Assembly: GCF_001447785.1 (NCBI RefSeq)
Contig: NW_015165830.1
Coordinates: 2,535,303 to 2,599,302, forward strand
Direction: 5' to 3'
Origin: Gekko japonicus
Taxonomy: Eukaryota
Length of the DNA: 64,000 nt
Made by a program: the position numbers and the translations under genes. The number at the start of each line of letters is the position of its first letter. The first letter of the stretch is position 1. Positions 47,980-61,486 of this stretch are shown here, in pieces. The notes below the pieces were generated by a model. That model saw nothing but the letters and a program-made list of their open reading frames with translations. It did not search any database and was not told where the DNA came from.

Positions 47980-48210
47980 TATTTATTTACTTTATTTGTA
48001 CCCTGCCATTCTCCCCAGTGGGGACCCAAAGTAATTTACACCATTCTCCTCTTCTCCATGTTGTCCTCATAACAACCCTGTGAGGTAGGTTAGGCTGTGA
48101 AAGTATGACTGGCCCAAGGTCACCCAGCAAGCTTCCATGGCATGAGTGGGGATCTGAACCCAGGTGTCCCAGATACTAATCCAACACTCTTAACCACTAC
48201 ACCACACTGG
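47980..48210 (-). mobile_element. MIR/Ther1-like SINE
   Basis: cctcataacaaccctgtgaggtagg...cccaaggtcacccagc...taaccactacacca; similar copies at ~12765-12930, 45650-45800 and 50744-50960. Confidence 0.75.
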
Positions 48211-48306
48211 GTGTTCCTGCTTTTAATGACCCTTTGACCATGCCGTTTACAATTTATTTTCAGTACAACCTTGTTTGTGTGTGTGTTTGTCACACAAGGG
48301 CATACT

Positions 48307-48667
48307 TAGGGCTATTTTTGGGCAGGAACGCACAGGAACGGAGTTCCGGCTGGCTCCTGAGTGGGCCACACCCAGCAGGAACTCATTAGCATAATAGGCC
48401 ACACCCAATAGCAGAGACTCATTAGGATTGGCTACAGTAGGCGTGTGTGGCCTAATATGCAAAGGAGTCCCTGCTACAAAAAAAGGCCCTGGGTTTTGAC
48501 AACCAACAAGGTAAACAGAATAAGAAGGAAAAGGTGGGTGTGGCTGGATGACCACACTTCTGGGAACATGGGAATGCGGCCTAATATGCTAATGAGCTGT
48601 GCTGTCAGGGGTGTGGCCTAATATGCTAATGAGTTCCTGATGGGCTTTTTCTACAAAAAAAGCCCTG
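48307..48667 (-). mobile_element. Composite hAT MITE, TSD ggcatact
   Basis: tagggctattttt...aaaaaaagccctg; ggcatact at 48299-48306 and 48668-48675; extra internal terminus at ~48478-48491. Confidence 0.85.
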
Positions 48668-49410
48668 GGCATACTATATGCATTAAAGGACGTAAACTCT
48701 AATCTACACAAACTGGTGCTAGAATAAAAATGCGTTAGTTTTATAGGTGCCTCAAGGCTCTTGTTTGTTTTTGCTGCTGCCCCTCTGTCCTCTGGTCGCC
48801 TTTGCATTGCTGCACAGGCATGGGACAGAGAACCTGTTGTATATCCTTCAGAAGCATTCAGGAACTGGATGGCCTGTGCAGCTCTTCCGCCTTTACTACT
48901 GCTGTATGGGAAGCAGGGATGCAACAAGTGAAGCTTTTCCTGGCTCAGACTGGTGAGGATAAGAGCTTCATCGGCTGAATTTCTGCCTTGTGAGCCCTGT
49001 CAAAGACACAGGAGCCCCACTAAGAAAGAAAGTTGACAACACTTTAAGGGATATGTAGTGACTCAGTAGAACTGTACAGTCCAGCTTCCCCAGGACATGC
49101 GAGGGTAGGCAACAGTTGCAATGGCTTTAAGACCAGCAGCAGTGTCCATTGAATGCCCTGGAGAGATGGGGAAGGACAGGATTGGTCCACTGGCTTTAGA
49201 GGCACTGGCTTCTATAGATTTATTTTACTGCAGGATACCAGCAATTCAGACAATTCACAGCCCCATCCAATCATTATTTCCATGACCTATGAAACCACCT
49301 CTCCCCATATGAGCCCCAGAGGGTACTGACTCAGTACTACTGAGGTCCACAAATCAACATCTGTTAGTGATTCCTGGCCCCAGGGACGTCCAGCTAGCCT
49401 CAAACAGGGC

Positions 49411-49818
49411 CAGGGTTGCCAAGTCCATCTTCCACCCCCAGCGGGGGACTTTGGGGGCGTTCCTGGAGGGGGCGGGGCATCCCCGACGTGATGATGTCAG
49501 GTTGGGGACGTCCACCCACCCCCCGCCCGTGTGCCGGATCTCCAGAAACGGCAGTTCCCTGCACTTAAAGGAGCCGGCGTTTCCCTTTTAAATGCAGGAG
49601 CCGGTGTTTCCCTTTTATATGCAGGAGCCGGGATTTCCCCTAAGAGCAGCGTGAAGCTGGCATTTCCCTGCAAGCTTGCGGAGATTGGGCTTGGGAGGAA
49701 ACACGGGTTCCACACACTTAAAGGGAGAGAGATGGGTGGCTGTAGGTGTTGGGGGTAGAACCCCCCCAAACCGGGGGACCCCTGGCAAACCAGGGGGGGG
49801 GGGGGTTTGGCAACCCTA
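49411..49818. mobile_element. MITE with AGGGTTGCCA/TGGCAACCCT TIRs inside an L2 3' fragment; internal 3 x 27-bp repeat (49567-49640)
   Basis: TIRs visible; the period-27 repeat gives the GAGVSLL peptide repeats. Confidence 0.75.
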
Positions 49819-50974
49819 GGCCCCTGCCCGGTGGAATGATCTCCCATGTGAGATCAGGGCCCTGCAGAATTTACTGCAGTTCCTCAGGGCCTGCAAGACG
49901 GAGCTCTTCCGCCAGGCAGTTGGTTGAGGCAGCAGGCGTCCCCCCTCTCCCTCCCTCCAGCTTTTCTGGCCCTATGTTTTTCAGCCCAATTGTCCATCAG
50001 GCCTGTTTTGACTAGTCATCTGACAATTTTTACAATTATACGGTATTTTATTATTTCATGTGTAAATGTCATTTTAATACTGTTTTAATTGTATATTTAA
50101 CTATTGTACACCACCCTGAGCCCATTGGGGAGAGCAGTATATAAATCTAATGAAATAAATAAAATAAAATAAATAGGCTTTTCTATCCTTCTGAGTGTCT
50201 GTGCCCATTTGGCAAGCGACCCTCTCTTCTCCGCCCTCCACATGGTTGTCTGTCTTCCTCCCAGTTTCAGACAAGTACATCAGCGAAGGTATTTTTGAAG
50301 GCATTGATAAAATAGCAAGTCAGTGCCACATGCCTCTTTGTGATGGCTGCCAAGCGGCAATTCTGAAGCTCAAGTAGCACTGGAGAAATGCTTATGAACC
50401 ACAAGATGCTAATCGTCCAGAAAAGAAAATGTAGCTCCAAACCACCAAGACAGAAAAAAATAACAGGAGGCTGCAAAAAAAAACCCCAAAACCAGCCCCA
50501 GATCTTTGGTGGTCTAGCCAGGTATGTGGCAAATGTGGCATGAAGACATAGTATTGGCCTGTGCTGTTGCAAAGGTCCTTCAAATACTCTTTTTCAGAGA
50601 CAACTCTGCTAGCATTCTGATAATATAACATACAGACTCTTTTAGACAAAACATCATGTGCATAGTCCTATATTTTTCACATGGATGCTTATACATTCAA
50701 CTGTATATCCATCAGCTCTTTTTTAGCACTAATCTTGTCAAGCTGGTGATGTAGTGGTTAGAGTTTTGAGTTGGGATCCTAGAGACTCAGGTTTGAGCTC
50801 ATGTTTTGTCCAGAAGCTGGGTAATCTTGTGCCAGTTATTCTCTCTCAGCCTAACTGACCTCACAGTGTTGCTGTGAGGGTAAAATGGAGCATGGGAGAC
50901 CAATGTATGCTACTCTGAGCTGCTTGAAGAATGGGCAGGATAAAATTGTACAAAATAAATATTCCCTATATTAA

Positions 50975-51177
50975 GGCTAGCCCGATTTCATGAGATCTCG
51001 GAAGCTAAGCAGGGTCTGTCCTGGTTAGTATTTGGATGGGAGACCACCAAGGAAGTATAGGATCAAAACACAGAGGCAGACAATGGCAAACAACCTCTGA
51101 ACACCTCTTGCCTTGGCAACCCCATGGGGTTGCCGTACGTCAGCTGTGACTTGATGGCAAAAAAAAGAAAAGAAAAA
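50975..51177 (+). mobile_element. 5S rRNA-derived SINE with RTE-like tail (5S-Sauria-like)
   Basis: gatctcggaagctaagcagggtc..cctggttagtatttggatgggagacc is near-identical to the vertebrate 5S internal control region; a non-5S tail and an A-run follow. Confidence 0.85.
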
Positions 51178-51572
51178 AATTAATCTTGAGGTGCTTGATC
51201 TCATAGTCATGAATACTCCACACAACCACTTCAAGACTGAGATTCATTCTTTGAGCCCTTTCTTCCAATGCAAGACACAGAGTCTAGCACGGGGATATAA
51301 TAACATTCCAAACAATTGGTTTCAGACCCTTTTCATGTCATAATAGGGTTGTAGATATGAATCGACAAAACCACTTCATGAGGAACTTTGTGTCCAAAAC
51401 TGTGCATACCATGAAAGCTCATTCCTGCATGAGAGGAAAGTATTCAGATAATTACTTCAGAACAACAACACAGACCAACATGGCTCAGAACATTTATAGA
51501 CCTTTTTTTTTGTAATTTAATGTTAATATTATAGTCTCACCCATTTTTGTCTACTTGTACATATCCAGGTAC

Positions 51573-51778
51573 CAGTGTTCCCTCTAAGCTGAGATAGTGT
51601 GAGCTAGCTCACAGTTTTTTAGCCTCCAGCTCACAGATTTTTGTCTTAGCTCAGGAGGGATGGCTCCAGAGCAAATTAATTTATGCAGTAGCCAAATTGC
51701 TTGCTCACAACTTTAATGCCAGTAGCTCACAAAATAGATTTTTTGCTCACAGGATTCCACAGCTTAGAGGGAACATTG
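51573..51778 (+). mobile_element. hAT MITE, 206 bp, TSD ccaggtac
   Basis: ccaggtac at 51565-51572 and 51779-51786. Confidence 0.9.
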
Positions 51779-52608
51779 CCAGGTACATATCCAGGCTACT
51801 ACCACCAATGGTTACAAATGGATAAAAGAAAATATGGCAAAATTCCTGTCAATAATATAAATGACAAGTAAACAGTGGTATTGCTACTTTGATTGTATGT
51901 ACCTTGTGGAAGATCTGTCGTATTTTTAGCTGAATCTTGCCGTAGAAAGATAGAGTTTTAAATGGATTTCCCCTCATCTTGAGTAACCTAAGTCTAACTA
52001 ATATTTAAGAAGGGGTTTCAGTCATGTTTGAGCTATGGTAGCCTATCCTTTTAAGAAATTAAACTCTGTTGGGTCTACAAAACCTTTTTCTCAAAAATCC
52101 CAATCAGTCCTTTCAAATTTAGGGTGAAAGGGCAAACCCTTATGGACTTGTACACAACCAGGTCACTACAGGGACTCATCTAGGAACTGGTTTGTTCCAT
52201 GCACACAAGGACAAAAGTACTGGGGAAAATCCAGAGCAAATTGCCAAGGGAGGGTCTGGAAAGAACTTCAGTGGTGATTTCAAGTCTAGACAAAATACCC
52301 GGTGTTACTAGAGGGATAATTAAATCCATCCTGTAGGGCGAAGGCAGATAGGGATTGGTAACTGGCTCCTTCATACGAAGTACTTCCTTTGGTTTATTAT
52401 TTTATTCCCTACTGTTTGTTACATTGCCTTTGAAGCTGAGAAATGACTCTTGTTTTTGGCCAGTTTTGCCCTTTCCTCTCAGTCCAATATTGCTGTATTT
52501 TCTCCCTGGTATTCTGAATGGAATTTAAATGTGGCTCTTAAAATAAATATTATTTGTGTTATGCTGGCATGATACAGGCCTAGTAATAAAAGACTAGCTT
52601 CTCTTTTA

Positions 52609-52627
52609 TAGCCAGCAGGGGGAGCAC
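52609..52627 (+). promoter_or_regulatory. Candidate CTCF site
   Basis: tagCCAGCAGGGGGAGCac, one mismatch to CCAGCAGGGGGCGC, in AT-rich sequence with no recognised repeat. Confidence 0.45.
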
Positions 52628-53974
52628 AAAGATTTATAGTACAAAGATTGTCAGAAATTGTTGTAGGGACTTTTTATGTACAGTGATAGTTTATGGAGAG
52701 ACTTAAAGGGTGGTTCCACCTGAGTCTGTTGGGGCACAATTGCCATCAGCCATATAGTCAGCTACAACGGTGGTTCCAGATGACACTTGAAACAAATTGC
52801 AGTTCTTCTTCTTTCCCTGATACAATCTGATTAAAATGATTTCTTACAGCTTGTTTGGTTGTGAAACACAAGCACAATTTCTTTTCTTTTTTTATTAATG
52901 AATTTTTATTAATTTTCCAGAAAGAAAATACACCATAAAAAGAGCTTGGTGCCTTGAATTACAGCAATTCAAATCTTTCCTGTATATCTTAACTAATATA
53001 CTTTAACTAGTAAACTAATATTTTGCAACCTTAAATGACAAATAATACATTTATAAATTAATTTAAAAGTCATCTAAACATCCTACAGTTAATATCCTTT
53101 AATAATATAACATCAAAAGCTCTACTACAAATGTTCCATGTTTTTTCATTTGATCTGAGATTTGATATAATTATTTCCTTTTCCATTGTTTTTGCCCATT
53201 CATTTTACTTCTAACACATAAACACACCTATTTTCATTCTGACTTGCTGTTTAATTATTAGTGAAAAAAGGCACTTGGAATCCTTCTTTGTAGTTTAGCA
53301 CCTCTTGGCCTATCACTAAATTTGTATTAATTTTCCCACAGGAAAGATACAACATAAAAAACCCCCATGATATCTTGTATTACTTCAGTTCAAATCTCTC
53401 CTATTTCTTCCACCTCTTAGCCTAACACTTCATCAAATTTAATTTCTTAACTAAATACAAAGAAAACAAAAAACAAAAGACACATAAATCTATTTTTTAT
53501 TCTAAAGTACTAATTTATTAGTAATAAGAATAGGTTTTATGGATCCTTCTTGGAGGATTAGATTCACCTAATATTCTATCTTTCCTAATTTTACTCAAAA
53601 TACTTACTCTATCACGTGGCTCAATTCAGTTTCCTAGCAACAGGGGTTCTTCTATTTAACTGGAACAATACATTTCTAGGTGGAACTTTCCCTCAGTGGA
53701 ACTGGGATGAAATTCTCAGGAATTGTTCTCCTCTCCCAAGGGATCTTGCCTCTCAAATTTCAGGTTAATAAGAAGAAATGTCCTCATTCAGCAAGAAAAT
53801 AAAGTTCTTGGAGCAAGCACAGGGACATGTAACCCCCCTAAGAACACCTTCAGGACCACAGCAAGGGAGGGAAGTCTTTATTTAAAATAAAAATGGAGCT
53901 TGTTTTTTTCTCCTAGCTCAGTTGACTGGCAGTGTTGAATTAAAAAATGTACAAAAAAAGCATAGCAAGATATT

Positions 53975-54352
53975 CAGGGCTTTTTTTGTAGAAAAAGCCA
54001 AGCAGGAACTCATTAGCACAATAGGTCACACCCCTGACAGCAGCTCATTAGCATATTAGGCCACACCCCATGCCTTCCCTTGGCTTGCCCGGGTGCCCTG
54101 CGACTGCGGGGAGCCCGTGCAAGCCGACCCTTGAACAGGCCAGGGAAGGCATGGGGAGGCATTTAAATGCCTCCCCGATCCTTCCAGGGGCCCCCCTGGC
54201 CCGCCTGCCTTGGAGTCACCGGGGGTGTGTGTCACTCTCCAGGCCTTCCCTCTGTAGCCACGCATGCAGAGGTTTTCGCTGTAGTGGGCGTGGCCAACTC
54301 TGAAGCCAGCCGGAACTCCGTTCCTGTGCGTTCCTGCCCAAAAATAGCTCTG
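53975..54352 (+). mobile_element. hAT MITE, 378 bp, TSD aagatatt
   Basis: cagggcttttttt...aaaaatagctctg; aagatatt at 53967-53974 and 54353-54360. Confidence 0.9.
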
Positions 54353-54474
54353 AAGATATTGTGGTGGGAAAGAGTTTAGTTAGGTCCTCCCTCCCATTTA
54401 TTCCAGTTTCATTTAAAAATGAGGCCGGGTGGGGGGAGGAAACTGTGTTCTACTTTTAAGTATGGTAAAGATGC

Positions 54475-54570
54475 CCCTGGATAGCACAGACTAGTCCAGG
54501 CTCATCAGATGTAGGAAGCTAAGCGGGGTCAACCATGGTTAGTAGGAGACCTCCAAAGAAGTATTGGGAT
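54475..54570 (+). mobile_element. 5S-derived SINE head fragment
   Basis: ggaagctaagcggggtc...ggttagta. Confidence 0.55.
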
Positions 54571-54829
54571 ATTTGGTTAACATAACAGAGTTCTGCCCAG
54601 TCATAGGGTGTGCTACTGAGTGCAGTAAATAAATCTCCCATGAAGTATATTGCAAAAACGGTAAACTTACATTTATTCAAGTAGATAACAGTTCACATTC
54701 AGGTTTCAGTCAAATGAAGAGAAAGAAGCCTAATCTAAGGAGTACTTTCCCTGTCACAAATGGCCAACTTGTCCAGCATCATGTGTGGGAGTATGAAGGC
54801 ACTGTATTATTAATAATAATTATTATTTA

Positions 54830-56445
54830 ATTCGACTTTTGACTCACCCTTCCGTGCTACTGCAGGCTTCAGGGCAAGTAACAACAGATGTATAATACAA
54901 TCCGAAACCAATTAAAACAATTTAAAACGTCACAGCAGTCAAATGGCACAATTAAAACAATTTAGAACACAAGTCACAACAGTCAGGTGGCACATAAACA
55001 ATGCAGTCTCATTGGGGAAAAGCTTTGACCACATCAAAAGTTTGGGGGAAAGTCCACAAGGGAAGAAGCAGGAGGAGGCTCCATCGGGTAGAGTTTTTCA
55101 CCTCAACCAGGAGCCTCCGCCTCAGGCCTGGTGGAACAGCTCTGTTTTACAGGCCCTGCAGAACTGTAAAAGATCTTGCATGGCCCTGATCTCAGCTGGA
55201 AGAGCATCCCACCAGGTTGGGGCCAGGACCGAGAAGGCTCTGGCTCTGCTCAAGGCTAATCAGATGCTCCTTGGTCCAGGAACCACTTTATCCTGCAGGT
55301 GTGGAGCTCTTGGGGGGGCAATACCAGCAGAGGTGATCGTATGTTGGTCCCAGACCTTGTAGGTCTTTAAAGGTTAAAACCAACACCTTGAACTTGATCT
55401 GGTGTTCAATCTGGAGCCAGTGCAGCTGGCGGAGCACTGGCTGAATATGCGCTCTAACTGAAGTACTGGTAAGAACTTGTGCTGCTGCATTCTGACCAGC
55501 TGACGCTTCCGGGTCAGTCTCAAGGGTAACCCTGTGTACAGCGAGTTACAGTAGTCAAGTCTGGAGGTGACCAGTGCATAGATCACTGTGGCTAAGTCAG
55601 AGCGAGACAGGAAGGTGGCTAGTTGCCTGACTTGGCATAGATGAAAAATGCCAGTCTGGCAACATTTGTGATCCATTGAAAGGGAGGCATCCAGAATCAC
55701 CCCCAGACTCTTCACCATTGGTGCTGGTGTTAACTGCACTTTGTCAAGAGTTGGGAGTTGGCACCCTAAACCCGAGTCTCCCTGACTCAGTCTCTGTCTT
55801 TGATGGATTTCGTTTCAGCTGGCTTTGTTTCAACCATCCAACCACAGCTCCCAACCGCTCTGCCAGATTTTCAGGGGCGGAGCCCATCTGTCCATTAACA
55901 GATATAGCTGTGTGTCATCAGCATACTGGTGGCAGTCCAGCCCAAAGCACCGTACCAGTTGGGTAAGGGGGAGCATATAGATGTTAAATAACATTGGGGA
56001 GAGAAGAGCCCCCTGGGGGACACCACATAGCAATGGGTATCGTGGTGAAGCTCTCCCCCCCAGCACTACCTTCTGTTCCCAACCTTGGAGAAATGAGATG
56101 AACCACTTCAAGGTTGTACCTCATATCACCATGTTGGCAAGGTAGTGAGTCAATAGATCATGATCAACCGTGTCAAATGCTGCCATCAAATCAAGTAGTA
56201 ATAGCAGTGCTAACCTGCCTCAATCCAGGTGTCTGCAAAGATCATCTGTGAGGGTGACCAATGCCATCTCCGTCCCATGGGTCCAGGGCTGATGTGTCAT
56301 CCAGTACAGCCTGGAGCTGTTCTGCTGCCACTCTCTCAACCACCTTGCCGAGGAATGGAAGGTTGGACACTGGGCGGTCGTTGGTCAGATCTGAAGGATC
56401 TGAAGATGTTTTCTTTAAAAGTGTCCATACCACTGTCTCCTTTAA
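54830..56445 (-). mobile_element. L2-clade LINE (RT to 3' end), degraded
   Basis: RPVSNLPFLGKVVE, GVPQGALLSPMLFNIY, HQYADDTQLY, VKSLGVILD, SRLDYCNSL. Confidence 0.9.
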
Positions 56446-56758
56446 ACGTCTACAAGAGAAACTTGCAGAGACATGTGTCTCCATGGAAGGCCATGCAGAG
56501 TGAGTGATAGGACAAAGTGAGAGAGGAGGGGTCAGAGGACAGCTCCCAGGTTAACACAAAGAGAGGCATCCTATTCAAGGAGGTAGCACCTATGCACCCT
56601 TACTGTGATGTAGCGCCCCCCCCCCCTCATGTCCAGGCACACTGAGTTGCTCAGTTCAACATTCCCTCTCAATTCTGTATGCCTTCAAGGTTCATAATGT
56701 TCAGGTTGTCCTGCAGGCCTTGGTATTTGTCTCTTGGTAGCGGTTTGGTAAATATGGC

Positions 56759-57517
56759 TGTGACAACCCCTTAACTGGGGAAGTCTGGTTTTACTTTAAA
56801 GTGTTCTTTTTATTTTGTTCAACTGGGTATATCCGGCTGCCACCAGGAAATTTAAGGCTTTCCAAACCTTTATACTATAACATTTCTATCACTGGGTAGG
56901 TAGGTCGGTTTTTTAGGCTTTCGAGGTTCTAATGTGGTGCCTGAGGAAGTATGTCTTTCAGAGCTGATATCTTAATAAAAGTAGATTTATTGATATAATT
57001 CGTAAATAACAGGATAGTAATCTGTATCTAGGAATGGGTAAATACTGAACAATTCCAACTGGGTTTTCACACACTTTTCTCTCACACTGTCAGGGATTTT
57101 GGCATGTAACTTTGTAACACTTTTCCCCTTAGGCCATATATGTTTACTGTTTCTTTTTATCCTGTCACTCAGACTTTTTTTATAACTTTTCTTCTTCTCT
57201 GAACAACATCAACAGACAGCTTAAATGTTTTCACACAGAACTGCTTCTCACTTCTTTCATACACAGAGCTTAACTGAACTCCTGCTTCTCTCACAGAACT
57301 CAGAACTTAACTTATCAACTGTCATCCTCAACTGTCAAACCTCTAACTGTCACTCCTGATAGACATACATATTCATCCACACAGCAGCACTTCCAAAACC
57401 CCTCCCCCTCTCTGTCACTCACCAATCACACCACACTTGCCTCTTCAAGCACTCTAGACTATCACATGCAACCAAACTTTTAAAGAGACACACACCCATA
57501 AACAAGGAATCGTTACA
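56759..57517 (-). mobile_element. Solo LTR, 759 bp, TSD atggc, inserted in the Copia RNase H region
   Basis: tgtgac...gttaca ends; atggc at 56754-56758 and 57518-57522. Confidence 0.88.
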
Positions 57518-60234
57518 ATGGCCACTGTCATTTTCTCAGTGGGACAGTAGTGTACCTTGACAACTCCTTGCCCCTGCAGGACCCTCACATACTGGTTTCT
57601 AATTCCAATTAGCTTTATCGGTTTGCTGTTCCTTTCTGAAAGAGAGAGGGCTATACAACTCTGGTTATCCTCTAGCAGTTGAGCTGTTGACCTGGGAAAG
57701 GTTCCTTAATACCAAAAGCCTCCACTTTAAGCCACTCTGCACACTTCAGAAACAGATACAATTTCTTGTTTATGACTTGCCCAACTTATAGCACCACCCG
57801 CATAGAAAAATACATAACTGATCTTAGGTCTGATCTTTCTCCAGCCCAGTCTATATCAGTGTATCCCAACAGTGTGGGATTATTAGTTGCTGTTTCAATT
57901 TAAAGTGTTGGGTCATATGGTAGCAATGTCTTTGTGAGGTAGGTTAGTTTCTCAGCTGGAATTCCCTGGTTGGCCTGTGATGAGCATCTGAGGTCCAGGG
58001 TCTTGTCTACCTCCACAGTGGTCTCCGGCTCCTCTGGTTCACCTGCTGGTTCAGGAACTTCCGCCTTCACCTCCTCTTCTGGTTGACCATCTGGTTGTGT
58101 CTGCATAGTGACTGCATCTGTTGGCTCTGGGTGATATGCCAGCAGCTGGTTGTTGTCACTGCTTCCCTCTGGGCAGTCATCTATTGCAGCAGCCTGATTA
58201 TTCCTTGGTTGCTCATTGAACTGCACCACTTCACTTGTAGTATAATTTGGTTAGTGTTTGGGTGTAGAATTCAGTAACCCTTGCTGTCTGTAGAATAGCC
58301 TACAAAGATTCCTTCTTCAGCTCTGGGTTCTAGTTTGGATCTCTTTTCTTTTGGTATATGAGCATAGGCTTTGGATTCAAATATCCTAGTGTGTTCTATG
58401 CTTGGCTTTCTGTTATGCTATAACTCATGAAGAGTTTTCTCTGTGGCTTTCTCTGTGGCTGTTGGCAATCTGTTTTGCAAGTAAGCTGCAGTCATTGCAG
58501 CTTTTCCCCAGTGCCTGTAGGGAAGGCCTGAGTGAATTAACATGCATCTGACCATGTCCATTATAGAGTGATTCTTGCTGTCATCAACCCCATTCTGTTC
58601 CGGTGTGTAGGGTACAGTAAGTCTGTGCTGGATTCCATATTCCCTTAGGAATGCCTGCACTGATCTAGATGTGTACTCACCACCACGATCAGGTTGGATG
58701 GCTTGGGGTTTTCTGTTGAACTTGTTAGAAACCATGGCAATGTAGTCTTCAGTTTCCAATTTTTGTTTCAGCATATAAGAACATAAGAGAAGCCATGGTG
58801 GATCAGGCCAATGGCCCATCCAGTCCAACAGTCTGTGTTACAAAACCCAGGTGCCATCAGGAGGTCCACCAACGGAGCCAGAACTCCAGAAGCCGTCCCA
58901 CTGTTGCCCCCCATACATCAAGAATACAGAGCATCACTGCCACAGACAGTGTTCCATCTATACCTTGTGGCTAATAGCCGCGGATGGACCTCTGCTCCAT
59001 CAGTTTATCCAATTCCCTCTTGAAGCTGTCTATGTTTATAGTCACCACCACTTCCTGCGGCAGTGAATTCCATGTGTTAATTACTCTTTGGGTGAAGAAG
59101 TATTTCCTTTTATCTGTTCTAAGTCTACTGCTCATTAATGTCATGGAGTGCCCATGAGTTTTTGTATTGTGAGAAAGGGAGAAAAGTACTTCTTTACCTG
59201 CTCTTTCCCATGCATAACCTTGTAAACCTTGATCATGTCACCCCTCAGTTGTCGTTTCTCCAAGCTAAAGAGTCCCAAGCGCTTTAACTTTTCTTCATAG
59301 GGAAAGTGTTTCAACCCTTTTATCATTCGAGTGGCCCTTTTCTGCACCTTTTCCAATGCTATAATATCTTTTTTGAGGTGCTTTGATCAGAACTGTACAC
59401 AGTATTCCAAATGAAGCTGCACCATAGGGGCATTATTATACTGGCTGATTAGTTTTCAGTCCCCTTCCTAATAATCCCCAGCATAGCATTTTCCTTTTTT
59501 ATTGCAGTTGCACACCGAGTTGACATCTTCAGTGTGTTATCTACCACTACTCCAAGATATTTCTCCTGGTCAGTTACCGCCAGTTCGGACCCCATCAACA
59601 TATATTTATAGTTAGGATTTTTGGCTCCAATATACAGTAGTTTGCACTTGCCCATGATGTACATCATTTACCACATTGATGTCCACTTGCCTAGCCTCAA
59701 CAGACCCATCCAAAGCTTCTCACAGTCCTCCTTGGTTCTCACCACTCTGAACAATTTAGTATCATCTGCAGACTTAGCCACTTCATTGCTTATGCCCAAC
59801 TCCAAATCATTAATGAACAAGTTAAAAAGCACCGGACCTAGTACCGAGCCCTGTGGTGCCCCATTGTTTACCACTTTCCACTGTGAAAACTGCCCATTTA
59901 TACTCATTCTCTGTTTCCTGTTAATTAACCAGTTTTTAATTCACAAGAGGACTTGTCCTCTTATACCATGACTGCTAAGTTTACTTAGGAGCCTTTGATG
60001 AGGAACATTATCAAAAGCTTTCTGGAGATCTAGGTAGACAACATCTACTATGTCACCCTTGTCCACATTTGTTCACCCCCTCAAAGAACTCTAAAAGGTT
60101 AGTGAGACAAGATCTTCCCTTACAGAATCCATGCTAATTCTTCCTCAATAGTTTTTTCCATCAATGTGCCTACTAATTTTATCTTTAATAACAGATTCCA
60201 CCACCTTACCTGATATGGAGGTTAAACTGACTGG

Positions 60235-60830
60235 TGTGCTGGCTCTGGCCGGTTGCCACGAATACAATATCCTGAGCTAGGTGCAAAGTCCAAATTAAGC
60301 CAAGAAACAGTGCCAGGGGTTGGAATGCCAGGAGATCAGAGTTCTCAGGAGTGATGAGCGGAGGCTGGCAGCCGGAACAAGCTTCAAGATTGCACAGTTG
60401 TGTCAGCACCAAGGCAGGTGAACATGGCTGCTTATAACCGAATCCTCCCTTCCCTGGGAGACGACCTGCAAAGACTCACAGCCCCTCACGTTGCCTTTGG
60501 AACAGCTGAAGTCTGGCACTCCTCCTCTCCTGCACATCCAGATGCTGGTGTACCCTGCATCTGGGACATTCAGGTGAGCTAGGTGGGGACTCTGGCCTTG
60601 AGGTGTCTCCAACTGGGGGTGCTGGGCCAGGCTTTGGACCAGGCTCTTCCTCCGACTGCACCTCAGGCTCTTCACCTAGCTGCACTTCCTGTGCAGATGC
60701 TGGAGCCTCTTCACCCTCAGGGGCTGGCAAAAGTTCCTCTTCTGGGCTGACTCCAGAGGAGGCTGGGTTGCTCCATGCCTCTTCCTCATCTGAGGAATAG
60801 TCAGCCTCGGCTGAGCCAGGACCCATGACA
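60235..60830 (-). mobile_element. Solo LTR-like insertion, 596 bp, 4-bp TSD ctgg/ctag
   Basis: TG...CA ends; interrupts the CR1 exactly within the YRPVSL codons. Confidence 0.75.
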
Positions 60831-61486
60831 CTAGCCTGTAATTTCCTGGATCTCCTCTGAAACCTTTTTTTGAAGATGGGGGTTATATTAGCTACCTTCC
60901 AGACCTCGGGAACGAAGGCAGATTTTAGTGATAGATTCCATATTTTTGGCAGGAAATCCATAAATTCACATTTGAGTTGTTTTAGAACTCTTGGATGTAT
61001 GCCATCTGGGCCTGGTGATTTGCAAGTTTTTAATTTGTCTTGTCAGTCACAAAAACCTCCTCTCTTGTCACCTCAATCCGATTCAGGTCTTTCAATATCC
61101 CACCTGAAATCAGCAGTTCTGGAGTGGGCAAACACCTCCCATCTTCAACAGTGAATACAGAGGCAAAAAATGCATTTAGCTTCTCTGCCATTTCCCTATC
61201 ATCTTTTAGTAACCCTTTTACCCTTTGGTCATCGAAGGACCTCACTGCTTCCCTGGCTGGTTTTCTGCTTCTAATGTATTTGAATACATTTTTATTGTTG
61301 GTCTTTATGTTTTTTGCAGTATGTTCCTCATAGTCCCTTTTTGCCTGTCTGATTACCGACTTGCATTTTATTTGCCAAAGCCTGTGCTTACTTTTATTTA
61401 CCTCATTTAGACGAGCCTTCCATTGCTTACAGAAATCCTTCTTACCTTTTACTACTTCCATTACTTTGTTCATTAACCAAGCAGGC

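Noticed and set aside
48810-48850. HGTENLL as the next ACSF2 exon (YGTTENSP)
   Set aside because: Motif and downstream residues do not match, and there is no in-phase acceptor
50975-51060. Functional 5S rRNA gene
   Set aside because: 5' and 3' ends of 5S are missing and it is fused to a retroposon tail
52880-53530. Two similar AT-rich segments (~52900 and ~53320)
   Set aside because: Probably degraded LINE 3' ends on the minus strand, too decayed to classify by eye
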